A DNA stretch of 64,000 nt, from positions 3,222 through 67,221 of the forward strand of contig JBAYIQ010000003.1 of the NCBI GenBank assembly GCA_041665545.1, written 5' to 3'. A model generated the notes under the pieces. It was not told the origin of the DNA, did no database searches, and was given only the letters and a program-made list of their open reading frames with translations. Source of the DNA: Patescibacteria group bacterium (lineage in GTDB: Bacteria; Patescibacteriota; Patescibacteriia; UBA1558; GWA2-36-10). A program made the translations under genes and the position numbers. This document shows, piece by piece, positions 18,726-28,245 of this stretch. Each line of letters opens with the position of its first letter. Within the stretch, counting starts at the first letter, position 1.

Positions 18726-19660
18726 AGTTTATTATTACTGTCGATACAGAAGGTGATAATCAGTGGTCTAAAGAAAAAAAAATTACCACGGAAAATTTAA
18801 AATTTTTGCCGCGCTTTCAGAGATTGTGCGAAAGATATGGTTTTATTCCGACTTATTTATTGTCTTATGAGGTAACCCAAGATGAAACAGCGGTTAAAAT
18901 ATTGTCCGATTGGCAAGGGCTTAAAAAGGCTGAAATTGGAGCACATTTGCATCCGTGGGTGATGTCAGATTATAAGGGTGAAGGGCAGGCTTACCCGAGC
19001 GAGTTGACTGATCATGATTTAAAGCAACAACTTGAAATGTTGACATGGGCAATTGAAGAAAAATTTAATAATCGTCCGACCAGTTATCGGGCCGGCCGTT
19101 GGGGTTTTAATGAAAGGCAGGCTAAAATTTTGAAAAATTTAGGATATTTGGTTGACTGTTCAATTACGCCGAAAATCAACTGGGCAAAAACTTTAGGGTT
19201 GATCGGAGGACAAGGCGGACCAGATTTTCGCTTTAGCCAAGTCATGCCTTATTATATTTTTGATGGTTTGCTGGAAATTCCGATGACAATTTTATTTACT
19301 GGCATATTAAAAAAAGAAAAAAATGCCTGTGCTAATTTTTTTCTAGGTTTAACAAATGGATTTTTGAAAAAAATATTAAATAAAATATTGTTTCGTCAAA
19401 AGTGGCTCAGAATTTTTCCTGGCAGCGGGGAGGGAGATTGGATTAATATTTATAAATCGGCTAAACTTAATAAATTACCATGTCTTGAGTTCATGATTCA
19501 TTCGTCAGAACTGATGCCGGGCGGCAGCCCTTACGCCAAGGATGAGGCGGCCGTGGAATTAATTTATGATCAATTGGAAAAAATGTTTAATTATTTTAAC
19601 AGCCAAGGTCTAGCCGGCGCGAGTTTAAGTGAATTCGCCAGAGATTATAAAAATTATTAA
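18722..19660 (+). CDS. putative polysaccharide deacetylase / carbohydrate-esterase-like protein
   Basis: 312 aa. N-terminal FIITVDTEGDN (cf. NodB/CE4 TFDDG motif) and GAHLHPW histidine motif. Cytoplasmic; no signal peptide seen. Confidence 0.3.
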   Translation: MKFIITVDTEGDNQWSKEKKITTENLKFLPRFQRLCERYGFIPTYLLSYEVTQDETAVKILSDWQGLKKAEIGAHLHPWVMSDYKGEGQAYPSELTDHDLKQQLEMLTWAIEEKFNNRPTSYRAGRWGFNERQAKILKNLGYLVDCSITPKINWAKTLGLIGGQGGPDFRFSQVMPYYIFDGLLEIPMTILFTGILKKEKNACANFFLGLTNGFLKKILNKILFRQKWLRIFPGSGEGDWINIYKSAKLNKLPCLEFMIHSSELMPGGSPYAKDEAAVELIYDQLEKMFNYFNSQGLAGASLSEFARDYKNY

Positions 19661-20456
19661 TAGATTTATGACTTTTTTAGAATTTAAAGAAAAATGCCTC
19701 AGGCCGAAATTAAACAAAATGTCAGGCGATAGAATCTATCGTTGGGAAAGAAATTTTTCCGTAAGGTTGTCATGGTTGCTTGTAAAAATATTCCCAAAAT
19801 TAAAAGCTAATCAAGTGACGGTAATTTCCTTGTTTTTATTATTAATAATTTTTTTAGCAAATTTTTTTAAAACAAATGCAGTAGAAAATTTTTATATCGC
19901 TTTAATACAGTTGATAACCCTATACTTTGTTGGCATATTGGATAAAATTGATGGAGAAGTTGCCAGATATAGAGATCAATATTCGCAAAGGGGTATCTAC
20001 TATGATAGGATGGTTCATTTTTTTTACCCCCTGGTTTTTTATTTTTCCATCGGACATTTTTATTATTTTATCAGCAACTATGCAGCTATATTTTTTCTTA
20101 CAATTTTATTAGCAGTATTTTCAATAAATTATGTATTTTTTACAGAGGCTATATGTTACATTGGCGTTAGAATGAAACAAGCAGATTATGTTTTCTATGA
20201 TCTAATACCCGAGGGTACTAAAAAAAAGTCAAAACGTTTGCCTATTTTTTTGCGACTACTTGATTATTTGACTTATATGATGTACACTTGGACGCTTTTT
20301 TATTATATTGCCGTCACAGTGGTAAGTTTGGGAAATTTTATGCTTAGTTATTATTTTTATATATTTCAAATTATATTATCATTGTTCGTTGTTGGTTATA
20401 AGATTTTTTATTTCTTACCAAGAGAAAAAATGTATGATGAAGCATTTTTAAAATGA
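19629..20456 (+). CDS. CDP-alcohol phosphatidyltransferase family membrane protein
   Basis: Polytopic membrane protein with DKIDGEVARYRDQYSQRGIYYDRMVH. This fits D-G-x2-A-R-x8-G-x3-D of the CDP-alcohol phosphotransferase signature (last D is H). Alternative non-overlapping start ATG at 19668. Confidence 0.55.
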   Translation: MNSPEIIKIINRFMTFLEFKEKCLRPKLNKMSGDRIYRWERNFSVRLSWLLVKIFPKLKANQVTVISLFLLLIIFLANFFKTNAVENFYIALIQLITLYFVGILDKIDGEVARYRDQYSQRGIYYDRMVHFFYPLVFYFSIGHFYYFISNYAAIFFLTILLAVFSINYVFFTEAICYIGVRMKQADYVFYDLIPEGTKKKSKRLPIFLRLLDYLTYMMYTWTLFYYIAVTVVSLGNFMLSYYFYIFQIILSLFVVGYKIFYFLPREKMYDEAFLK

Positions 20457-21613
20457 GCATGATTATGAAGATAATTTATATAGCTAATTCAAGAATACCA
20501 ACGGAAAAGGCTCATGGCCACCAGATTTGTCAGATGTGCTCTGAATTTTCGCGACTCGGTTACGAGACGGAATTATGGTTACCCACAAAAGATAATAATA
20601 TTAAACAAGATATTTTTACATATTATAAAATGGAAAAAACTTTCAAAATAAAAATTATTGAAAGTTATGATTTTATCCGTTTTGATAGATTTTTGTTTAA
20701 CAGGAGTTATTGGTTGCAGAGTTTAAATTTTTCTCTAAAGATAATGTTTGAAAAAATTCAACCGGGGGATTTAATTTATACTAGGGATATTTTAACCGCT
20801 TTTATGTTGAGCCTTAGGGGTGGGCAGGTGTCTTACGAATGTCACAGCCTGATAAAATACGCATGGTTGTTGAAATCATTAAGCCGGCCTATAAAAAAAA
20901 TAATTGTATTAACTCAAGGAATTAAAAATATTTTTGTAAGCTTGGGGTACAAAGAAGAAAATATAATAGTTGGTCCCGATGCGGTTGATATAGAAAAATT
21001 TGATCTGGATTTAACTATAGAAAAGGCTAGATCTAAATTGAGCTTACCGAGCGAAAAGAAAATTCTTGGGTTTACGGGTAGTTTTACCACCATGAATCAG
21101 GATAAAGGAATTAAAGATATTTTATTAGCGCTAAAAATTATATCGAAAAAAAAAGATATTTTATTTGTCGCGATCGGTGGCAATCAAAGTGATATAAATT
21201 TTTATCGACAGACAGCGGATGATCTCGGTGTAGGTGAGAGTGCTTTGTTTTTACCTAAAGTTGATCAGAATATTTTAGCGGTTTATCAGAAGGCTTTTGA
21301 TGTATTGTTGATGCCTTTTCCCAATACGACTCATTATGCTTTTTATATGTCGCCTTTAAAAATGTTTGAATACATGGCTTCTCAACGTCCGATTGTTTCC
21401 TCTGATTTAGTAACTATTAGGGAGGTTCTTAATGAAAATAATTGTCTTTTTTGTCGCTCAGATGATCCGGTTGATTTAGCTTTAAAAATAAAAATTATTT
21501 TGAAAAATCCATATTTAGCTAAAAAAATAAGTCAACAAGCCTATCAAGATGTACAGTCTTATACTTGGGAAAAGAGAGCAGAAAACATTATAAATTTTAT
21601 AAATAAAAATTAA
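20453..21613 (+). CDS. glycosyltransferase family 4
   Basis: 386 aa. C-terminal MSPLKMFEYMASQRPIVSSD (GT4/GT1 E-x7-E region). 4-nt overlap with the upstream gene. Confidence 0.55.
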   Translation: MSMIMKIIYIANSRIPTEKAHGHQICQMCSEFSRLGYETELWLPTKDNNIKQDIFTYYKMEKTFKIKIIESYDFIRFDRFLFNRSYWLQSLNFSLKIMFEKIQPGDLIYTRDILTAFMLSLRGGQVSYECHSLIKYAWLLKSLSRPIKKIIVLTQGIKNIFVSLGYKEENIIVGPDAVDIEKFDLDLTIEKARSKLSLPSEKKILGFTGSFTTMNQDKGIKDILLALKIISKKKDILFVAIGGNQSDINFYRQTADDLGVGESALFLPKVDQNILAVYQKAFDVLLMPFPNTTHYAFYMSPLKMFEYMASQRPIVSSDLVTIREVLNENNCLFCRSDDPVDLALKIKIILKNPYLAKKISQQAYQDVQSYTWEKRAENIINFINKN

Positions 21614-21679
21614 GAGGGATATTAAAAAATAGCCTGTTTTTCTATAAATTTATCTAAATTTGGTTTATAATGGTACTTA

Positions 21680-21708
21680 TTGACACCTTTTGATACTTTG
21701 GCTATAAT
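21680..21708 (+). promoter_or_regulatory. consensus sigma70 promoter (TTGACA-17-TATAAT)
   Basis: TTGACA at 21680-21685, 17-nt spacer, TATAAT at 21703-21708. ATG of the HTH gene is 10 nt downstream. Both hexamers perfect. Confidence 0.65.
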
Positions 21709-21717
21709 ACAGGTTAT

Positions 21718-21969
21718 ATGAATAACCAAGAAATAAAATCTAACGCAGTCTATACAACAAAGGAAACTCAGGAATTACTCAAAATTAGCAGTAGTACTAT
21801 TAAAAGGATGCTTAAAAATGGCCTAATTAAAGCCAATAAAGTTGGTGGTCAATACAGAATTTTAGGCAAAGAAATTCTGCGATTGGTATCGCCGAAAGTT
21901 GAGCAGGAAGCCATTCAATCTTATTTAAGTTTAAAGCAAAAAGTAGTAAATAAAATTAATAGATGGTAA
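21718..21969 (+). CDS. helix-turn-helix DNA-binding protein (excisionase/MerR-like HTH family)
   Basis: 83 aa. VYTTKETQELLKISSSTIKRMLKNGLIKANKVGGQYRI matches the excisionase-type HTH DNA-binding domain (TIGR01764-like). Confidence 0.55.
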   Translation: MNNQEIKSNAVYTTKETQELLKISSSTIKRMLKNGLIKANKVGGQYRILGKEILRLVSPKVEQEAIQSYLSLKQKVVNKINRW

Positions 21970-21996
21970 TTTAAGAAAAATAAGTATCTTTATTAT

Positions 21997-23787
21997 ATGA
22001 ATTTTTTTAAAAAAAATAAAATTTTTATTTTTTTGCAACTAATCTATCGCGGTTATAGAGAATATAAATGGCGGATAGTTATGTTGATTTTTCTCGGTTT
22101 TTTTGGTGGTTTATTGGAGGGCGTCGGTATAAATTCGATTATCCCCTTGTTTTCTTTTTTAGTAGGGAATGATCCAGCGGGGAGCAATTTTATTGCTCGT
22201 GCCATGGAAAAAATTTTTATATTTGCGGGGATTCAATTTAGTTTGCGCAACCTGCTTATTTTTATAATCTTTTTGTTTCTTTTTAGAGCGGTGGTTTTAC
22301 TTATTTCCAGTTATATTAAAATATCAACCTCTACTCGTTATGAGGAAAAAACTAGAAATAAATTATTTAGGTTGACGTTGAACGCATCATGGGCCTATCT
22401 CTTAAATCAAAAAATTGGACATCTTGAAAGTTTATTGATTACTAATATAAATTATAGCAGCGGTCTATTTAATCAGATTACTACGGCCATCACTCTTTTG
22501 GGTAGCTTGTTTATGTATATTCTAGTGGCGATCAACATCTCTTTTCCGATCACTTTGTTTACTATTGGTGTCGGCGCCATATCCTTAATAATTTTTCAGC
22601 CATTGGTTTTTAGATCAAGGCTCACTGCCCAGAAAAGAGAAATATTAAATCGAGAAATCGCTCACTTTATTAATGAAAATATTGTTGGCATGAAGACTTT
22701 AAAAGCTTCTTTTGCTAACTTGATTGTGGTAGAAATAGGTAAAAATTATTTTGCGCAGTTAAGGCTATTAGTTAGGAAAGCAACAATGCTCAAGATTTAT
22801 TCCGATGCTTTTATACAGCCGATTGGGGTTATATTTATTTGTGGTATTTTCACTTTTTCTTATAAATCGTCTAATTTTAATTTAGCAGCATTAGTGGCCG
22901 TTATCTATTTGATTCAAAAAATTTTTGTTTATGTGCAGCAGCTCCAGGGGACCTTGCACGAAGTTAATGAATTCACACCATATTTAAAAAGTATTTTGGC
23001 ATATGAGGACGCGGTCAGCCAATGCGAAGATGTTGATAATGGCAAACAAACTTTTATTTTTAAGGATAGTATAGAATTTAAGAATGTAGATTTTTATTAT
23101 AATCAGAACAAAAAAATATTTTCAAAAATTAATTTTAAAATAAAGAAGTCAGAAATGGTTGGGTTGATTGGTTCCTCGGGCGGAGGTAAGAGTACCTTGG
23201 CGGATTTAATTTTACGTTTTTTTGAGCCAACAGGCGGAGAAATTTTAATTGACGGTCAAAATATTAACGATTTTAAACTTAAAGAGCTGCGTCTTAATAT
23301 TGGTTATGTGTCTCAAGATGCTTTTATAAAAAATGACACCATAACTAATAATATAAAGTTTTATGACGAGACAATAACTGATGAGCAAGTTGAGAAAGCG
23401 GCTAAAATGGCTGATATTTATGATTTTATTATGAGCCTGCCTAAAAAATTTGAGACGGTAGTTGGTGAGCGAGGTGTATTATTTTCCGGCGGTCAGCGGC
23501 AAAGAATCGTCATTGCTCGGGTTTTAGTCAGAAGCCCACAAATTTTGATTTTAGACGAAGCCACTAGCGCCCTAGATAATGAATCGGAAATTCAAGTGCA
23601 AAAAGTTATTGAAAATTTAAAAAATAAAGTCACGGTTTTATTAATTGCTCATCGCCTGTCAACTGTGATGAATTGCGACAAACTGTTAGTTTTACAAAAC
23701 GGAGAAATAAAGGAGCAGGGTTCGCCGAAAAAATTATTATCTGACGAAGAATCTTATTTTTATAAAGTTTATAACTTGAAAAATTAA
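21997..23787 (+). CDS. ABC transporter permease/ATP-binding fusion (MsbA/PglK-like type I exporter; candidate lipid-linked oligosaccharide flippase)
   Basis: 596 aa. Six N-terminal TM helices, then Walker A GSSGGGKST, signature LFSGGQRQRI, Walker B ILILDEATSALD, H-loop LIAHRLS. Confidence 0.75.
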   Translation: MNFFKKNKIFIFLQLIYRGYREYKWRIVMLIFLGFFGGLLEGVGINSIIPLFSFLVGNDPAGSNFIARAMEKIFIFAGIQFSLRNLLIFIIFLFLFRAVVLLISSYIKISTSTRYEEKTRNKLFRLTLNASWAYLLNQKIGHLESLLITNINYSSGLFNQITTAITLLGSLFMYILVAINISFPITLFTIGVGAISLIIFQPLVFRSRLTAQKREILNREIAHFINENIVGMKTLKASFANLIVVEIGKNYFAQLRLLVRKATMLKIYSDAFIQPIGVIFICGIFTFSYKSSNFNLAALVAVIYLIQKIFVYVQQLQGTLHEVNEFTPYLKSILAYEDAVSQCEDVDNGKQTFIFKDSIEFKNVDFYYNQNKKIFSKINFKIKKSEMVGLIGSSGGGKSTLADLILRFFEPTGGEILIDGQNINDFKLKELRLNIGYVSQDAFIKNDTITNNIKFYDETITDEQVEKAAKMADIYDFIMSLPKKFETVVGERGVLFSGGQRQRIVIARVLVRSPQILILDEATSALDNESEIQVQKVIENLKNKVTVLLIAHRLSTVMNCDKLLVLQNGEIKEQGSPKKLLSDEESYFYKVYNLKN

Positions 23788-23797
23788 TCAAAGTTAT

Positions 23798-24910
23798 ATG
23801 AGGTATTGCAAAAAATGCATTCAGCCAGACACTCGTCCCAATGTTAAGTTTGATAGTAAGGGTATATGTTTAGCTTGTCGTTTTGCTGAGAAACAAAATA
23901 AAATTGATTGGGCTGCTCGGCGACGTGAATTAGATAAGATAGTTGAGTTTGGTAAAAAATATAATGTTTCGGGTTATGATTGTATTATTGGTGTCAGTGG
24001 TGGCAAGGACAGCACGCGACAAGCACTTTTTGTGAGGGATGAGCTTAAAATGAAACCATTGTTAGTTTCTTGTTCATATCCTCCAGAACAATTGACTGAG
24101 ATAGGGGCACATAATATTTCTAATTTAATTTCTTTGGGTTTCGATTGTATTAATGTTAGTCCAGATCCAGTCGTCTGGAAAATTTTAATGCGTGAAGGTT
24201 TTCTGCGTTTTGGTAATTGGTGTAAATCAACAGAGTTAGCCCTTTATGCTAGTGCTCCTAAAATTGCCATTGCTTATCATATTCCAATTATATTTCTTGG
24301 TGAGAATCCAGCTATTGCTTTTGGCGACCTGAGCGTCGGTTCAACGACCGGAGATGCCAATAAAATGAAATATTGTCATACTTTAAAAGGCGGGACAGAA
24401 GTTTTGGTGACTAATGAAATATCAGAAAAAGATCTTTTTTGGTATTACTATCCTTCGGATGAGGAAATGGAGTGGATAAAGATGCGCATTGTTTATTTGG
24501 GTTATTATGTGCATGATTTTACTAGATTTAAGAATGCGGAATTTGCCATGAAGCGAGGCTTACGTATACGTAAAGATTCACCCCAAGATACTGGGGATGT
24601 TTATGGATTTGAGGCACTAGATGATGATTTTGTTATTATTAATCAGATGTTTAAATATTTAAAATTTGGTTTTGGCAAATCCAATGATCAATTAAGCGAA
24701 GCTATTAGGTTAGGTTTAACAACCCGTAAAAAAGCAATCAGTTTAGCTAAAAAGTACGATGGAAAATGTGCTCCTCGTTTTATAAAAAAGTTTTGTAGCT
24801 ATATTGGTATTAGTGAAAAAAAGTTTTGGGAGATTGCGGAAAAATTTCGCAATAATGACATCTGGCAGAATATCGGAGGGGAATGGCATATAAAAACCGT
24901 ACTAGAATAA
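23798..24910 (+). CDS. N-acetyl sugar amidotransferase (PseA/WbuX-like PP-loop enzyme)
   Basis: N-terminal Cys pairs (CKKC...CLAC) and PP-loop GVSGGKDS. Sits directly upstream of HisH/HisF-like genes, as in WbuXYZ/PseA loci. Confidence 0.6.
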   Translation: MRYCKKCIQPDTRPNVKFDSKGICLACRFAEKQNKIDWAARRRELDKIVEFGKKYNVSGYDCIIGVSGGKDSTRQALFVRDELKMKPLLVSCSYPPEQLTEIGAHNISNLISLGFDCINVSPDPVVWKILMREGFLRFGNWCKSTELALYASAPKIAIAYHIPIIFLGENPAIAFGDLSVGSTTGDANKMKYCHTLKGGTEVLVTNEISEKDLFWYYYPSDEEMEWIKMRIVYLGYYVHDFTRFKNAEFAMKRGLRIRKDSPQDTGDVYGFEALDDDFVIINQMFKYLKFGFGKSNDQLSEAIRLGLTTRKKAISLAKKYDGKCAPRFIKKFCSYIGISEKKFWEIAEKFRNNDIWQNIGGEWHIKTVLE

Positions 24911-24919
24911 ATATAAATT

Positions 24920-25558
24920 ATGGGGACAAAAATTTTAATTATTGATTACAAAGTAGGTAATCATCAATCAATAGTTAATGCTCTGAATTTTTTAGGGTAT
25001 GATTTTATTGTTTCTAGCCGTAAATCAGATATTATCAAAGCGCAATCTTATATTTTACCAGGAGTGGGTGCTTTTGGAGAGGCGATGAAAAATTTTAATA
25101 AGTTAGATATTTTAGATTGCTTACAGGAGCAAGTGTTGATAAAGAAAAAGCCTATTTTGGGCATTTGTCTGGGTATGCAGATTTTGGCCAAAGATTCAGA
25201 AGAGAGTGGTTTTTGTCAGGGACTTGGCTGGATTGATGGTCATGTGGTTGCTCTTAATAAAGCAAAAGATCTAAGGATACCTCATGTGGGCTGGGATAAT
25301 ATTAAATTAATAAAAAAAGATCCACTTTTTTTACGGACTGACAATAAAGAATTGAATTATTATTTTGATCACAGTTATCATTTTGTTTGTGCTGATAAAT
25401 TTATTTCCGCCAGATGTTATTATGGGGAAGATTTTGCGGTAGCAGTGCAAAAGAATAATATTTTTGGTGTTCAATTTCATCCGGAGAAGAGTCAGCGTAA
25501 TGGTTTAAAATTATTGCGTTGTTTTTTGGATATATCATTAAAATATCATAGCGTTTAA
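24920..25558 (+). CDS. hisH: glutamine amidotransferase, HisH-like (WbuY-like)
   Basis: 212 aa. Class I GATase catalytic motif GICLGMQIL and FHPEKS His/Glu. Confidence 0.7.
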   Translation: MGTKILIIDYKVGNHQSIVNALNFLGYDFIVSSRKSDIIKAQSYILPGVGAFGEAMKNFNKLDILDCLQEQVLIKKKPILGICLGMQILAKDSEESGFCQGLGWIDGHVVALNKAKDLRIPHVGWDNIKLIKKDPLFLRTDNKELNYYFDHSYHFVCADKFISARCYYGEDFAVAVQKNNIFGVQFHPEKSQRNGLKLLRCFLDISLKYHSV

Positions 25559-25562
25559 AATA

Positions 25563-26429
25563 ATGTTAAAAAAAAGATTAATTGCAGTTTTAGTAATAAA
25601 AAATGGTCTAGTCGTGCAGAGCATTGGTTTTAGAAAATACTTGCCAATTGGAAAACCCGATATTGCTGTTGATTTTTTAAACTCCTGGGGTATTGATGAA
25701 ATTGTTGTTTTGGATATTGATGCTAGTACACAAAAAAGGGGTCCAGATTTTGCCATGATAGAGAAACTTTCTAGAAAAAATTTTACACCATTGTCGATTG
25801 GTGGAGGCATCTCCAGCGTAGCAGAAATGAAAAAAGTGATTCATTTTGGTGCAGAAAAAATTGTTATTAATAAAGCAGCTTTACAAAATCCAAATTTAAT
25901 TTCCCAGGCAGTTGATATTTTGGGTCGCCAATCTGTTATTGTTTCGGTTGATGTCAAAAAATTTGGTAATAAATATTTTGTTTTTTCTGATTCAGGGAGC
26001 AGAAAAACTTTACTTGAGGTGACGGAATGGGTTAAAAAAATAGAAGAATTGGGGGCTGGGGAAATATTTTTAAATTCAATAGATAGAGATGGAACAAAAA
26101 TGGGATACGACCTGGCTTTGATAAAATTAGTGTCACGTTCAGTTACTATTCCAGTTATTGCTTGCGGTGGAGCTGGTCAGCCTAAGCATTTTATTCAAGC
26201 CTTTGAAAATGGAGTTGTAGCGGTAGCTGCTGGTAATTTTTTCCATTTTACAGAGCATTCCCCAGTTGTTCTAAAGGCTTTTATGAAGAATATAGTTAGT
26301 AATGTTCGTATAGAAACTAATTATGATTATGATGGCTTTGGTTTTTTAGCAGACGGTCGAATTGCAAAAAAATCCGAAACATATTTAGATAAGATTAGAT
26401 TTGAATATCAAGCAAAAGAAATTATATGA
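25563..26429 (+). CDS. hisF: imidazole glycerol phosphate synthase cyclase subunit HisF-like (WbuZ-like)
   Basis: 288 aa. (beta/alpha)8 HisF-like motifs VVLDIDAS...LSIGGGISS...ACGGAGQPKHF. Confidence 0.6.
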   Translation: MLKKRLIAVLVIKNGLVVQSIGFRKYLPIGKPDIAVDFLNSWGIDEIVVLDIDASTQKRGPDFAMIEKLSRKNFTPLSIGGGISSVAEMKKVIHFGAEKIVINKAALQNPNLISQAVDILGRQSVIVSVDVKKFGNKYFVFSDSGSRKTLLEVTEWVKKIEELGAGEIFLNSIDRDGTKMGYDLALIKLVSRSVTIPVIACGGAGQPKHFIQAFENGVVAVAAGNFFHFTEHSPVVLKAFMKNIVSNVRIETNYDYDGFGFLADGRIAKKSETYLDKIRFEYQAKEII

Positions 26430-27685
26430 TGTATTGCCAGAGATGTCTTTATCCAGCTAATCATCCCTTAAATATTGTCTTTGATGACGAAGGTGTTTGC
26501 AGTGGCTGTCGCGTACATGAAGAAAAAGATCAACTTGATTGGGACGCCAAAGCTAAAGATTTAGAAAAGATATTAGTTCAATATAGAAGTAAGACAGGTA
26601 AAAGTTATGATTGTATAATTCCGGTTAGTGGGGCTAGGGATTCTTATTTTATTGTTTATACCATAAAAAATGTTTATAAAATGAATCCTTTATTGGTAAC
26701 TTATAATAAACAATATAATACCAGTACTGGTATTCGAAATTTGGCTTATCTTAAAACTTTGTTAGGTTGTGATGTACTCATGCTCACAGTTTCACCAGCT
26801 AAAGTAAAAAAGATTACCAGAGTAACAATTAAAAAATTAGGTAGTATTTATTGGCATTGTCTGGCTGGTCAAACAGTTTTTCCTGTTCAGACAGCTGTGC
26901 GCCTAAAAATACCCTTAATTATTTGGGGAGCTCATCAGGGCATGGAACAAGTGGGTATGTTTTCTCACTTGGATAAAGTTGAAATGACTCGTAAATATCG
27001 TAAGGAGCATGATTTAATGGGCCTTGAGGCAGAGGATTTAATTGGCGAAGAAGGAATCACGTCTGATGATATTTTACCCTTTATTTATCCACATGATAAA
27101 GAAATAGAGAGAGTTGGTGTTAGGGGAATTTATTTAAATAATTACATACGTTGGGATTCAAAACAACAGCATGAAAAAATGATTAAGCTTTATAATTACG
27201 AAACTACAAAACAGCAAAGGACTTTTGATACATATAATGATGTTGATTGTTTTAATTATTCAGATTTACACGATTATATTAAATTTTTAAAATGGGGTTA
27301 TGGTAAGGTGACTGACCATGCTTCTAGGGAAATCAGATTAAAAAGATTAACGCGGGAGGAGGGAATTGATTTGGTTAGACAATATCAAAATAAAAAATAT
27401 AACCCTCGTCATTTTAAAATGTTTCTTGCTTGGGTGGGAATGAAAGAGTTTGATTTTTGGCAGCATATTAATAAAAAGCGCGATTTAAATATTTGGGGTA
27501 AAGATAAAAATGGCAAATGGATTTTAATTGATTCGATTTTAAATCACGTTAAAGATGGGGGTGTTAAAAAGGTGAAGCTTGGTAAGATTGATAATTGCTA
27601 TTTTAAAGTTACACCTTCACGCAGTCATTCCAGCAGGGAAAATGATTATATTTTAATTGGACGTGGCTATGTTGATAAAAAATAA
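26426..27685 (+). CDS. N-acetyl sugar amidotransferase (second PseA/WbuX-like paralog)
   Basis: 419 aa. N-terminal CQRC...CSGC zinc-ribbon-like region and PP-loop IPVSGARDS. Paralog of 23798-24910. Confidence 0.55.
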   Translation: MMYCQRCLYPANHPLNIVFDDEGVCSGCRVHEEKDQLDWDAKAKDLEKILVQYRSKTGKSYDCIIPVSGARDSYFIVYTIKNVYKMNPLLVTYNKQYNTSTGIRNLAYLKTLLGCDVLMLTVSPAKVKKITRVTIKKLGSIYWHCLAGQTVFPVQTAVRLKIPLIIWGAHQGMEQVGMFSHLDKVEMTRKYRKEHDLMGLEAEDLIGEEGITSDDILPFIYPHDKEIERVGVRGIYLNNYIRWDSKQQHEKMIKLYNYETTKQQRTFDTYNDVDCFNYSDLHDYIKFLKWGYGKVTDHASREIRLKRLTREEGIDLVRQYQNKKYNPRHFKMFLAWVGMKEFDFWQHINKKRDLNIWGKDKNGKWILIDSILNHVKDGGVKKVKLGKIDNCYFKVTPSRSHSSRENDYILIGRGYVDKK

Positions 27686-27699
27686 ATAAGTATAAATTT

Positions 27700-28245
27700 A
27701 TGCAAGAAAAAAAAGGATACTTAATAAAGGGGCAAAACTTAGCTTTACGTAAACTATTATTAACTGATGTTAATAAGGTTTATTTATCTTGGCTGAATGA
27801 TAAAAGCATCCAAAAATATACGCGACGTCGAGGTCAGAAAATGACTATGCTTGGTTTAAAAAAGTTTGTAAAGAGTATTGAAAAATCAAAAGATTGGCAT
27901 TTTGCTATAATTATTAAAGATAGCAAAAAGCACATTGGTAATGTTTTTTTAAACTTAGTTGATGATCTAAATAAAAGTGCTGATTTATCGATTATGATAG
28001 GTGATAAAAATGAATGGGGCAAAGGATATGCTGGTGAAGTGATTAAACTGGCTACGCAGTTTGCTTTTAAGGAGTTAAAGCTGCATCGATTATCGGCTGG
28101 TTCTCCTAATCCAGCTTTTAACACTGTAGTGAAAAAATTAGGATGGACGCTTGAGGGGAAAAGGAGGGACGCTTTCTTTTTTGAAAGAAAATTTATTGAT
28201 ATATCGTGTTGGTCAATTTTAAAAAATGAGTGGAAAAATAAATAA
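27700..28245 (+). CDS. GNAT family N-acetyltransferase (PseH/RimL-like)
   Basis: 181 aa. GNAT fold motifs FAIIIKDSKKHIGNVFLNLVD...GKGYAGEVIKLATQFAFKELKLHRL. Confidence 0.6.
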   Translation: MQEKKGYLIKGQNLALRKLLLTDVNKVYLSWLNDKSIQKYTRRRGQKMTMLGLKKFVKSIEKSKDWHFAIIIKDSKKHIGNVFLNLVDDLNKSADLSIMIGDKNEWGKGYAGEVIKLATQFAFKELKLHRLSAGSPNPAFNTVVKKLGWTLEGKRRDAFFFERKFIDISCWSILKNEWKNK

